Source of the DNA: a candidate division CSSED10-310 bacterium
Lineage (GTDB): Bacteria > CSSED10-310 > JAFGJC01
Direction: 5' to 3'
Assembly (NCBI GenBank): GCA_016927905.1
Contig: JAFGLW010000026.1
Coordinates: forward strand, 43,586-107,585
Length of the DNA stretch: 64,000 nt
Shown: positions 18,613 to 28,024 of the stretch, piece after piece
Numbering within the stretch: the stretch's first letter is position 1
Layout of the letters: each line of letters starts with the position of its first letter
Made by a program: the position numbers and the translations under genes
The notes under the pieces: generated by a model
The model's database searches: none
What the model was told of the DNA's origin: nothing
What the model saw: the letters and a program-made list of their open reading frames with translations, nothing else

Positions 18613-19182
18613 ACGCCTCCTCCTCATTTTGGATCTCTCCTCCAGCTTCACGCCATAAACCTCCGATATCTCCCACAATTTTACCACATATCGGCCAGCA
18701 AGAGAAAACCGTTGGGGTAGAAACCGAGCACATCGGCACGAAATGTGCCGGTCCGGCCACTCGTGATCGATGCTGATCCGGACCGTCCGGACCGTTTTTG
18801 ACACCAACTCAAGGGTAAAGTTGGCGCAACCGCGCCGCTTTTTCACCCGAACGTACTCGCCGTCGTCTTTTTCGATGCGGAAGGCATCTCCGGGAAGCTG
18901 AGCTCGGAACGCATCCCGGATGACAGTGGTACGCGGTTTTCACTGGTGCCTTTAAACAATTTCCACGACAACGGTGATCGGTTCACCGCCGTTCTGGCTG
19001 ACTTTGAAGACGATCTGCCCGTCGGATTTCGCGCCCCTCGCTGCACTGGATCCGGTATTTGTTCCCAAAGCAGGCTCTGACGGGCAGAGTCAAATTGATC
19101 AGTGCAAGAGCCAGGGTGGCGGTGGCAAAGTATTGAAATTATTTTATGCGCACAGAATCGCTCCTTCAGTTCCGGTTCCCGT

Positions 19183-19500
19183 TCAAACCACTTTCTTTTT
19201 AGTCCAGAACGGCCGCCAGTAGACGGGTTTGGAGAAGCATGTCCAGGCCCATTTCATGATGTCCACCATGTAGAACGCCGTCCACAGCGCCCAGAGAATC
19301 ATCGCCAGCCGGTAGAACAGCACGTGGATGGAAATCACTCCCGCCCCCGGATACTCCGGTCCGCTCGCGTCCTGATACCACCTCAGCATGCCCGCGTACG
19401 ATCCGTTTCCGGTGATGCTCATGTCCGGGCGGCCCAGCAGTCCCTGGCCGACGGCGACGATCAGGGAGATCAGGGCGATGCCGGAGAACAAATGGAGGAA
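19183..19500 (-). pseudogene. 3' fragment of a membrane-protein gene, apparently truncated by the adjacent IS remnant
   Basis: Hydrophobic C-terminal segment (..ILWALWTAFYMVDIMKWAWTCFSKPVYWRPFWTKKKVV*). The frame continues into the transposase remnant without a credible start. Confidence 0.3.
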
Positions 19501-19524
19501 ATAGGATCAGCCCAGCGACAATCC

Positions 19525-19776
19525 CCCAATGATTATGATCTTTCCGCAACGATCAGAAAATGGAGGGAAAGAAAAGCATGTCGCTTTGAGATGCCGTTCC
19601 TGCCCCCATATAGTCCGGAACTGAATCCTGTTGAGCGTGTTTGGAAAATGACAAGGAGGAAAGCAACGCATAACAAATACTTCGATTCACTCCAGGAGGT
19701 GTCTTCAGCGGTGGAATCCACATTTAAAACGTGGCGATATGCAAATGATGTTCTAAAAAGATTGTGCGCAATTTAA
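19525..19776 (+). mobile_element. IS630-family (DDE_3) transposase C-terminal remnant (pseudogene)
   Basis: ..RKWRERKACRFEMPFLPPYSPELNPVERVWKMTRRKATHNKYFDSLQEVSSAVESTFKTWR matches the conserved IS630/Tc1 C-terminal block (LPPYSP-LNPIE-W). No N-terminal HTH or DDE portion is present. Confidence 0.65.
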
Positions 19777-19789
19777 AATGGCTTCGAGA

Positions 19790-20269
19790 TTAGAACCAGC
19801 GGCGGACCCGGGCTCTGTAATCCCGGTAAAACTGTCCGAATTGTGATTCCAGGTGTGTTTCTTCTGTTTTGATCACCAGCATTTGCATGAGAATGAATAG
19901 AACAGCCAGTGCGGCAATCATCCAGACTGTGGCAATCATTAAGGTCAGGGCGGCGAAAACGGCAACCAGAGCTAGATACATCGGGTTACGACTCAATCCG
20001 TAAGGTCCGGTTTCAACCAAAACCAAAGCCGGTTGAAGCGGTTCCGCAGTTGTGCCGGATTGTCTCAGGACCAGGTAGGACCGGATTCCAAGGAAAGCGG
20101 CCAGGAACAGAATAACCATTGCAGCGGCCGTGCGTTCCGACTGGTATTTTTCAAAGACCCGGAGTGATTTCAACCGGTTGGCTGCGCAGGCGGTTGCCAA
20201 GCAGATAAAAAACAGGAGAGCCGGGTGTGCCCACCGGGATAAACAGGATGTTTTTTTTGAGATCATCAT
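19790..20269 (-). CDS. isoprenylcysteine carboxyl methyltransferase / phospholipid methyltransferase (ICMT/PEMT) family membrane protein
   Basis: GPYGLSRNPMYLALV motif and EETHLESQFGQFYRDY C-terminal motif. 4-5 TM. Start set at the internal MMISKK. Confidence 0.7.
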   Translation of the reverse strand: MMISKKTSCLSRWAHPALLFFICLATACAANRLKSLRVFEKYQSERTAAAMVILFLAAFLGIRSYLVLRQSGTTAEPLQPALVLVETGPYGLSRNPMYLALVAVFAALTLMIATVWMIAALAVLFILMQMLVIKTEETHLESQFGQFYRDYRARVRRWF

Positions 20270-20477
20270 CTGGTCCGTCGCTTTCCGGGTCCCTACTGTA
20301 ACGATCCGGGCTGCCCGGGGCAAGCGTTCAGCGTGTTCGGAGATCGTTTCACTTCGACCGGAGGGGATTAACGGCGGGTATGGATGTTTTCCGGCCGTGT
20401 TCGGCTGTTATCCATCAGGCGAAACACCTATAATGACGCCACCGGGATCCATCGATCCCGGCATATTGGGTGGCAAA

Positions 20478-21479
20478 ATGGCGCGAAAACTGCTGGTCAT
20501 GGTTCTGGGCATTTTGGCCGGTCTGATGCTGGCCGAACTGGTTCTGAGGTTGACCCATGCCGCGCCGGAGATCGTTCCGGTTCAGCATGGCCGGTTCCGG
20601 TTGTCCGGAAATCCGGTTCTCGGATATGAACCCGTTCCGATATCGTATTCCGGGCGGTTATCGCCCACCCATCATTACACCGGCCGGAGCAACTCTCTGG
20701 GATTCCGGGATATCGAGCATGCCGTTCCCAAACCCGAAGGCGTCTATCGGATCGTGGTGATCGGAGACAGCATCGCGGATGGCATCTACATCCCGCGAAC
20801 GAAGGATATTTTCCCGACGGTGATGCAGACTCTTCTCACGGAACAGGGATATGATGCCGAAGTCATCAACCTGTCGGTGTCCGGATATAATACCGCCCAG
20901 GAAGTGGAAATGCTGCGCATCATGGGACTCCAATTCCTGCCGGATTTGGTTCTGGTTGCCTATTGCCTGAATGATATCATGCGGGTGGACGGCGGCATTC
21001 TGGATGCGCTTCTGGCCGAAGAACGCGCCCGTGCGCCGGTCAACCGGTACCGGGCGAAAATCCTGCATCGAAGCGCTTTTTACCGGTTCATCAGATATGT
21101 TTTGCTGCAGCCGAATCAGACCGAACTCGGCGGCGACCAGGAAATTTTCGCACAATCTCTGTCCGGAAACACGGTGGTGGAATCGTTCCGGAAACTGGCC
21201 GATATGGCGAATCAGAACGGGTTCGATGTTCTGGTGGTTGTGTTTCCCAATTTCCGGCAGCTTGCGGACTACCCCTATGCAGCGGAACACGAAAAGGTTC
21301 GGCGCCTGGCTGATGCCAACGGGTTCCGGTATCTGGATCTCCTGCCGGGACTCCAGAATTGTTCCAGTGAATCCGGCGGGCGGTTGGATTTCGATTACAT
21401 CCATCCCACCGTTTCCGGTCATCGATGCATCGCCGGGATCATCACCGGTCATCTTGCCGAAACCGTGTTCAATCGTTGA
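20478..21479 (+). CDS. SGNH/GDSL-family hydrolase with N-terminal signal anchor
   Basis: MARKLLVMVLGILAGLMLA anchor. VVIGDSIADG (GDS block) and DxxH near the C-terminus (DYIHPTVSGH). The track ORF start at 20130 lies inside the opposite-strand gene. Confidence 0.7.
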   Translation: MARKLLVMVLGILAGLMLAELVLRLTHAAPEIVPVQHGRFRLSGNPVLGYEPVPISYSGRLSPTHHYTGRSNSLGFRDIEHAVPKPEGVYRIVVIGDSIADGIYIPRTKDIFPTVMQTLLTEQGYDAEVINLSVSGYNTAQEVEMLRIMGLQFLPDLVLVAYCLNDIMRVDGGILDALLAEERARAPVNRYRAKILHRSAFYRFIRYVLLQPNQTELGGDQEIFAQSLSGNTVVESFRKLADMANQNGFDVLVVVFPNFRQLADYPYAAEHEKVRRLADANGFRYLDLLPGLQNCSSESGGRLDFDYIHPTVSGHRCIAGIITGHLAETVFNR

Positions 21480-21535
21480 GTTCCATCTGAAAATGGTGAT
21501 TTGGCAGAATTATTGCTTGAAATAACGAGGAAGAT

Positions 21536-24500
21536 ATGGAGGTACTCATGAAAGCATTGAAATCAGGCGGATATTTTATGAATTTATTCGGTATGGTTCT
21601 TTGTGTTGCGGCAATGCCCGTAATGGTTCAGGCGGCTGAATACCATGTGGACATACCCATTTCGGGACATGCAACTGGCGTGAATTCAGATGGTTCCCAC
21701 TCGGTCACACTCGACGACTTCGGATATCTGAACATTCCCGGAAAACCGAAACTGCCCTCCCGGATATTCGCGGTAGCGCTGCCGCCGGGAGCGGTTGTGC
21801 GGTCTGTTGAAGCGCTGCCCGGTGCGGAGATTGTTCTGCCGGGAGAATACCGGATCGAACCGGTGCCGGTGTACCGGGTCATCGGATCGGAAGATCCCGA
21901 TCTGTATGCCGAGGATCTGGCCGGTTACCAGGCAAATTACAATTCTGTTTACTCCGCGGATACACCTTACCCGGAATCCATGATTGAGTTTCTGGGGATG
22001 GCGGGCATGCGGAAATACAACCTGGCGGAGATCCGGGTGACACCGTTCCAATACCGTCCCGTATCCGGAACATTGGGTTATTTCCCGGAATTCCGGGTGG
22101 CGATCCGATATGAAATTCCGGACGCGGAGCCAGTCGGGATGCTGATCGACCATCAGCCCCGGATGGAGCGGCTGGCCCGTGAATTCATTTTGAATTATGA
22201 AGACGCTCAGAAATGGTATCCCGTCGACCGGACCGAGCGGGGTCTTCACGAGTTCGTAGTAATCACAACAGCGTCGCTGGAAGGTGCGGTGAGCAACCTG
22301 CTGACCTGGGAGATCACCAAGGGCAGGACCGTTCAGGTTGCCACGGTGGAGTGGATCGACACGAATTATTCCGGCCGGGATCTGGCGGCCAAAATGCGCG
22401 CGTTTCTGCTGGAAAAATATCCTTCCGCCGAGTGGGGGATCGAAGATGTCCTGCTGGTGGGTCATCACTCCGATGTGCCGATGCGGGAAGTATACCAGGA
22501 TCAGGGTTACGGCAGACCGGATACCGATTTTTATTTTGCCGAGCTGTCCCATCCCGACAACGTGAACTGGGATAACGACAACGACGGGCGGTACTGGGAA
22601 AGCGGCGACAATGCGGATTATTATGCCGAGATCAATGTCGGCCGGATTCCATGGAGCGATTACAATACGGTTGCCAGTATTTGTGCCAAATCCGTTGCAT
22701 ACGAACAGAATGACGATCCCGGTTTCAAGAAGAGCATCCTGCTTCTGGGCAGTTTTTTCTGGGCGGACACGGACAATGCAGTATTGATGGAAGCCAAGGT
22801 GAATCAATCCTGGATGTCGGACTGGAACATTTACAGGATGTATGAGAAAAATGCGACCGCATATTCGAGTTATCCCTGTGATCTGGAGATCCAGCACATC
22901 AACGTCATGTCGGTATGGCCCAACGGCCAGTATGCATTCGTCAACTGGGCCGGTCACGGTTCCTATCATGCCAGCCATATGATGGGGTACGGTTCCGAAG
23001 CGTTCATCGATTCATCCGATTGTCCCAGCCTGAACGACAACTACCCGGCCATCATTTTTGCCGATGCCTGTTCCAACAGTGACACCGATTACACCAATAT
23101 CGGCGCCAGCATGCTTCAGCGGGGCGCCGTCGGATTTGTCGGCGCTACCAAGGTGGCTTACGGCTGCCAGGGCTGGAGCAGTCCGAACGACGGCTCCAGT
23201 CAATCGCTCGACTATTATTTCTCAACCGGTGTCACCTCCACGGATTATTCCCAGGGAGCTTCTCATGTGCGGGGATTGCTCACCGTGCATCAGATCGGCG
23301 GCTGGTATTACGACAAGTATGAAATCGCCGAGTTCAATCTGTGGGGCAACCCGGACCTGGGAATGGGAGACTGCATTTCGGGTGACGGCATGATTTCTCT
23401 GGACCGCACCGCATACGCGCCGGGAATGGATGCCACGGTGAGGGTGATGGATCTGGATCTGAACCTGAACGGGGGAGTGATCGATGAAACGCAGGTGGAT
23501 ATCACCACGTTTTTGGGTGACGCGGAAACGCTCCAGTTGTTCGAAACCGGTTTTGCAACGGGTGTGTTCGACGGATCCATTCCGATTGTGGAGGGATCGC
23601 CGGTCAGCGGGAACGGCGTGCTCGAGGTGGTTCACAATGATGGATTTACGGCCACATACATTGACGAGGACGACGGTCACGGCGGCTTCAACGTTCCGAA
23701 ACAGACCATGGCATCCATCGATGCGATGCCGCCTCATATAACCGGTGTCGAAGTATCGGAAATATCCGGCAGTCTCGTGACGATTCACTGGATTACCGAT
23801 GAACCGGCGGACAGCCGGGTGTATTACGGGGAAGGAACACCCACGGAACAAGTCGTGATTTCTTCACTGACCACCGGTCACACCATCACCATTTCCGATC
23901 TCATTTCGTGCCGGTACTACGTGTTTTATGTTGAATCCTGTGATGCTGCGGGCAATTCGGCAGTGGACGACAACGGCGGATCGAACTACTGGTTCGGCAC
24001 TGAACTCGGTGGCGGATTCGATGTATCGGAAAATCCGAACTACAGCAACCGGTATGACAACGTGACCTATTACTACAATGACGGGTCCGGCACGGGAGCC
24101 ATCAGCGAGGACGGTACGGTCACCGGCTGGAAAGTACGGGCGACCAACGGCGGATCCGGTCTGGGAATGCGGATCATCCGGCCTTTGGGAGGCAGCAGTT
24201 ACGCTTATGTCGGCGGTTCATCGCTGGTGACCGTCACTGAGGGAATCAACGATTTTCCGGATTCGGTGAATATCCCGGTTCAGAGCGGGGATATCATCGC
24301 TTTGTATTACAATTCCAGCGGCAATGCGGAAGTGGGTTTGAACGGTTCCGGGGATTACCTGCTGTATTATGAAGGGGATGTCGCCAATGCCGGAACTTTC
24401 ACAACCAGCGGGAATTCATCCAAAAACGGTTATCAGCTGGTGATGATTTACGGGGACTGCGATATGGGCCCGACGCCGACTCCCGGAGCACCGACGCATA

Positions 24501-25168
24501 CGCCCGGTCCTGCAACACCCACGCCGGCACCGACCAGCACCGGAATTCCGACGCATACTCCAATGCCGACCTATACTTCCGCTCCCCCCACATCCACACC
24601 CACGGCGCCTCCGGGCGAACCGACCTACACCCCCATCCCGACCCAAACCCCCATTCCGACCTATACTTCCGCTCCCCCCACACCCACACCCACGGCGCTT
24701 CCGGGCGAACCGACCTACACGCCCATTCCGACCTATACTCCGGCTCCGACCTATACCCCGGCTCCGACCTTCACGGTTCCCCCACAGGACACGCCGACCC
24801 CCGAGCCCACATCCGGAGGCGATGTTCTGATCGATTTGAAGCTGAATCTGACGACGTTCACCACCGGCGATCCGTTCCGGCTCAGCTGTGAATGTTACAA
24901 TCCGTCCGTACCCATCACACTGGAGCAGTTTATCGTTCTGGATGTTTACGGAAGTTATTTCTTCTGGCCGGGCTGGCAGCCGGGCATGGATTACCGGCTT
25001 GTGACATTGAGCACCGGCTGGCAGACGCCCGAAACCCTTCTCGAATTCATCTGGCCGGAAGGAAATTTCGGAACGGCGTACGGCCTGTATTTCTGGGGTG
25101 CCCTGTTGATGCCCGGCAGCCATAAACTGGTCGGAAGTTACGACGTGGTCGAGTTTGGGTACCGGTAA
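21536..25168 (+). CDS. secreted gingipain-like cysteine peptidase (C25 family) with Fn3 domain, Pro/Thr-rich linker and conserved ~115-aa C-terminal domain
   Basis: Signal peptide MNLFGMVLCVAAMPVMVQA. Catalytic-type blocks NWAGHGSYHAS (His) and IIFADACSNSD (Cys). Fn3 (VTIHWITDEP..YYVFYVES). Linker PTPTPGAPTHTPG...; C-terminal domain homologous to those at 16897-17253 and 62184-62542. Confidence 0.75.
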   Translation: MEVLMKALKSGGYFMNLFGMVLCVAAMPVMVQAAEYHVDIPISGHATGVNSDGSHSVTLDDFGYLNIPGKPKLPSRIFAVALPPGAVVRSVEALPGAEIVLPGEYRIEPVPVYRVIGSEDPDLYAEDLAGYQANYNSVYSADTPYPESMIEFLGMAGMRKYNLAEIRVTPFQYRPVSGTLGYFPEFRVAIRYEIPDAEPVGMLIDHQPRMERLAREFILNYEDAQKWYPVDRTERGLHEFVVITTASLEGAVSNLLTWEITKGRTVQVATVEWIDTNYSGRDLAAKMRAFLLEKYPSAEWGIEDVLLVGHHSDVPMREVYQDQGYGRPDTDFYFAELSHPDNVNWDNDNDGRYWESGDNADYYAEINVGRIPWSDYNTVASICAKSVAYEQNDDPGFKKSILLLGSFFWADTDNAVLMEAKVNQSWMSDWNIYRMYEKNATAYSSYPCDLEIQHINVMSVWPNGQYAFVNWAGHGSYHASHMMGYGSEAFIDSSDCPSLNDNYPAIIFADACSNSDTDYTNIGASMLQRGAVGFVGATKVAYGCQGWSSPNDGSSQSLDYYFSTGVTSTDYSQGASHVRGLLTVHQIGGWYYDKYEIAEFNLWGNPDLGMGDCISGDGMISLDRTAYAPGMDATVRVMDLDLNLNGGVIDETQVDITTFLGDAETLQLFETGFATGVFDGSIPIVEGSPVSGNGVLEVVHNDGFTATYIDEDDGHGGFNVPKQTMASIDAMPPHITGVEVSEISGSLVTIHWITDEPADSRVYYGEGTPTEQVVISSLTTGHTITISDLISCRYYVFYVESCDAAGNSAVDDNGGSNYWFGTELGGGFDVSENPNYSNRYDNVTYYYNDGSGTGAISEDGTVTGWKVRATNGGSGLGMRIIRPLGGSSYAYVGGSSLVTVTEGINDFPDSVNIPVQSGDIIALYYNSSGNAEVGLNGSGDYLLYYEGDVANAGTFTTSGNSSKNGYQLVMIYGDCDMGPTPTPGAPTHTPGPATPTPAPTSTGIPTHTPMPTYTSAPPTSTPTAPPGEPTYTPIPTQTPIPTYTSAPPTPTPTALPGEPTYTPIPTYTPAPTYTPAPTFTVPPQDTPTPEPTSGGDVLIDLKLNLTTFTTGDPFRLSCECYNPSVPITLEQFIVLDVYGSYFFWPGWQPGMDYRLVTLSTGWQTPETLLEFIWPEGNFGTAYGLYFWGALLMPGSHKLVGSYDVVEFGYR
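24563..24730 (+). repeat. two tandem 84-bp coding repeats within the Pro/Thr/Tyr-rich linker
   Basis: ccgacctatacttccgctcccccca... occurs twice in tandem (PTYTSAPPT[S/P]TPTA[P/L]PGEPTYTPIPT..). Confidence 0.8.
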
Positions 25169-25211
25169 AAAAGTTGCAAATTCACAGCCGGGGGATTAAC
25201 TTCCTGGAGCG

Positions 25212-26675
25212 ATGAAGATTCTCCTGGTCGTTCCGCCCGGCGGGTATTATGCAGAGAGATGGTCCGGAGGCGTGCTGATGCCGCCTCTGGGCCTTGGTTA
25301 TATCGCCGCGTCGTCGGAACGGCTGCCCCATGAAATTCAGATTCTGGATGCCCATGTCCAGAAACTCGGGAAAAACGAAATTGTCCGGCGGGTTGAGGCT
25401 TATCGGCCGGACCTGGCCGGATTGACCTTCACGACTGAAAACCGGTTTGAAGCGTTCGATACCGCGCAACTCATCAAGGATGCGGTTCCGCACTGCCATC
25501 TGACTGCCGGCGGTCCCCATGTTTCACTGGCCGGGGAAGACACCCTGTCGGGCATTCCGGCGTTCGATTCCGTGGTGATCGGTGAAGGTGAAAAAACGTT
25601 CACCGAACTGATCGAGGCTCTGGATCAGGGTTCAGGCCGGTATCTGAACCGTGTGAACGGCATCGCCTACCGGACTTTCCAGGGCGACATCGAACGGACA
25701 CCTCCCAGAAAGCGGATTGAAAATCTGGACGAAATTCCCTTTCCGGCCCGCCATCTGTTTCCTTCTTTCGAAACCTACAACTTCAAATTCGATGTTCCCG
25801 GCAGAGGAATCCGGCGTTTTGCCAATCTCATGACCAGCCGGGGGTGTCCCTGCAACTGTAATTTCTGCGCCACACCCAAGGTCTGGGGACGAACCGTCCG
25901 CATGCGGTCCCCGGAAAACATCCTCAAGGAAATCGATCTTCTGGTGGAAACCCAGAATATCGAAGCGCTCTGGTTTTTTGATGACACCTTCAATACCTCT
26001 CCCAACCGGGTCCGGAAACTGTGCGAACTGCTGAAATCCCGCCGGTATGATCTGCCCTGGTTTTGTGAAGTCCGCGTGGATCTGATGTCCAAAGATCTCC
26101 TGGCGGTCATGAAAGACGCCGGTTGCTACACAATCGGGTTCGGTGTCGAATCGGGATCCCAGCGGATTCTGGATGAAGTGATCCGGAAAAACCTAAAACT
26201 TGAAAACGTCTACAAGCTTTATGAATGGTGCCGGGAACTGGAAGTGGTCGCCAATCCGTTTTTCATCATCAGTCACCCCACGGAAACTTATGAGGAAGCC
26301 CGTCAGACCATGGATATGATCCGGGAATTCAAGGACGGAGCCCGAATATCGATGGCGTTCCTGCATGTTTATCCCGGAACGGACCTGGAAATCACCGCTC
26401 AGAAGAACGGAACGCTGCCACCGGATTTCAGGTGGTATCAATCCGGCAGGAAAGACATCAGAACGCTGGCAAGCGCTCAAGGTAACGTCCCGATTTTCCA
26501 GGACCGATTGACCTGGAACCAGATCTCCGATCTGCTCTTTGAATGGGCTGCGATGCAGAATTATCCGGTGTGGCGCAGAATCCCGAAAGTATTGAAATCG
26601 ATCCGGACATGGGATGATTTCAAGCGGTACGGAATCATGGGCGTTCGATATCTCAATCGTCTGGTGAGGAAATAA
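25212..26675 (+). CDS. B12-binding domain radical SAM protein (class B)
   Basis: N-terminal cobalamin-binding Rossmann region (MKILLVVPPG..), then SRGCPCNCNFC (CxxxCxxC). Confidence 0.8.
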   Translation: MKILLVVPPGGYYAERWSGGVLMPPLGLGYIAASSERLPHEIQILDAHVQKLGKNEIVRRVEAYRPDLAGLTFTTENRFEAFDTAQLIKDAVPHCHLTAGGPHVSLAGEDTLSGIPAFDSVVIGEGEKTFTELIEALDQGSGRYLNRVNGIAYRTFQGDIERTPPRKRIENLDEIPFPARHLFPSFETYNFKFDVPGRGIRRFANLMTSRGCPCNCNFCATPKVWGRTVRMRSPENILKEIDLLVETQNIEALWFFDDTFNTSPNRVRKLCELLKSRRYDLPWFCEVRVDLMSKDLLAVMKDAGCYTIGFGVESGSQRILDEVIRKNLKLENVYKLYEWCRELEVVANPFFIISHPTETYEEARQTMDMIREFKDGARISMAFLHVYPGTDLEITAQKNGTLPPDFRWYQSGRKDIRTLASAQGNVPIFQDRLTWNQISDLLFEWAAMQNYPVWRRIPKVLKSIRTWDDFKRYGIMGVRYLNRLVRK

Positions 26676-26690
26676 CGGGAGTGGAAACAG

Positions 26691-27275
26691 ATGAGCGGTC
26701 CGCTGTTTGACTGGTTGATATTGCCCATGCTGATATGTCTTGCCCGGATCATCGATGTGTCTATCGGAACAATCCGGGTGATTTTCGTTTCCAAAGGTTT
26801 CCGCTACTGGGCACCCCTTCTGGGTTTTTTCGAGGTGCTGATCTGGATACTGGTCATCGCCCAGATCATGAAAAATCTCAACAACCCGGCCTCCTATATC
26901 GGATATGCTCTGGGGTTTGCCATCGGGAACTACGTGGGAATCATTCTCGAATCAAAACTGAGCATCGGAATGGTCATGGTCCGGATCATCACCAGCAGGG
27001 ACGCCTCCGCTCTGATCGAGTATCTGAAATCCCGGATGCTGGGAGTGACCAGCATTCAGGCGGAAGGCGCGTTTGAAAAAGTGCATGTCATCTTCACCAT
27101 CATCAAGCGGTCCGATTACAAGTCGCTTACCGGGAAGATCCGGGAATACAATCCGCAGGCGTTTTACTCGGTGGAAGACATTCGTTTTGCCAGTGAAGGC
27201 GTGTTCCCGCTGGGAGCTTCCAGCCGGAATCGACTGAATTACTCTGTTTTCAGGTTGTTTCGCAAGGGGAAGTAA
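26691..27275 (+). CDS. UPF0316 family membrane protein (DUF5698 N-terminus + DUF2179 C-terminus), YebE-like
   Basis: DVSIGTIRVIFVSKGFRYWAPLLGFFEVLIWILVIAQIM resembles the UPF0316 N-terminal block. ~190 aa. Confidence 0.65.
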   Translation: MSGPLFDWLILPMLICLARIIDVSIGTIRVIFVSKGFRYWAPLLGFFEVLIWILVIAQIMKNLNNPASYIGYALGFAIGNYVGIILESKLSIGMVMVRIITSRDASALIEYLKSRMLGVTSIQAEGAFEKVHVIFTIIKRSDYKSLTGKIREYNPQAFYSVEDIRFASEGVFPLGASSRNRLNYSVFRLFRKGK

Positions 27276-27286
27276 CCGGGGATTGC

Positions 27287-28024
27287 ATGGCATCGGGGAA
27301 CCGGATCAATTATTTCCGCACCTGTCTGATCTGGACGGGGGGACTGCTGTGGACGCTGGTCATCGCCATTCTCGCTCTGATGGTTTTCGCCGTCAGCCGT
27401 TCGGGAAATTCCGTTCACTGGTTCAGCCGCATCTGGAGCCGGTTTCTGCTTTGGCTGGCGGGAGTCAAGATCCGGATGAAGGGGTTGGAAAACGTGCCCG
27501 CCGATCATTCCGTCCTGATCGTTTCCAACCACCAGAGTTTGTGCGACATCTTCGTCATGGCGGGATACCTGCCGTTGCGGTTCAGCTGGATCGCCAAGAG
27601 GGAAGTTTTTAAAGTGCCTTTTGTCGGAGCGGCCATGAAGGCGGCGAACTATGTGCCCATCGACCGGGAGAACCGGGAACAGGCGTTTCAATCGCTGGAG
27701 AACGCGTCCCGGATTCTGAAGCGGCATTCCGTGGTTATTTTCCCCGAGGGCACCCGCACCCGGTCCGGCGAGCTGGGCAAGTTCAAGCATGGAGCGGAGC
27801 ATCTTCTGGCCCAGTCCGGCGTGCCGGTACTGCCGGTCACGATCACGAACTCCTTTGAACGAATCCCGCCCGAAACCGTCGGGATCGTTCCGGGTACCAT
27901 CAACGTCCAGGTGGATCCCGAAATACGCACCGACGGGTTGAACAGAAGACAGATTGCCGGGTTGATGCGGGATATCTGGGAGCGTATGGAGCGGCGTATC
28001 GGGGATTCAAGACGACGGGATTGA
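27287..28024 (+). CDS. plsC: 1-acyl-sn-glycerol-3-phosphate acyltransferase (LPLAT/PlsC family)
   Basis: NHQSLCD (HX4D) and FPEGTRT motifs. N-terminal TM. Confidence 0.85.
   Translation: MASGNRINYFRTCLIWTGGLLWTLVIAILALMVFAVSRSGNSVHWFSRIWSRFLLWLAGVKIRMKGLENVPADHSVLIVSNHQSLCDIFVMAGYLPLRFSWIAKREVFKVPFVGAAMKAANYVPIDRENREQAFQSLENASRILKRHSVVIFPEGTRTRSGELGKFKHGAEHLLAQSGVPVLPVTITNSFERIPPETVGIVPGTINVQVDPEIRTDGLNRRQIAGLMRDIWERMERRIGDSRRRD

Noticed and set aside
18620-19100. Possible additional transposase/OrfB fragment (..IRDAFRAQLPGDAFRIEKDDGEYVRVKKRRGCANFTLELV..)
   Set aside because: Frames are broken, and I cannot match it to a specific family from memory. I treat it as decayed DNA in the island rather than a called feature.
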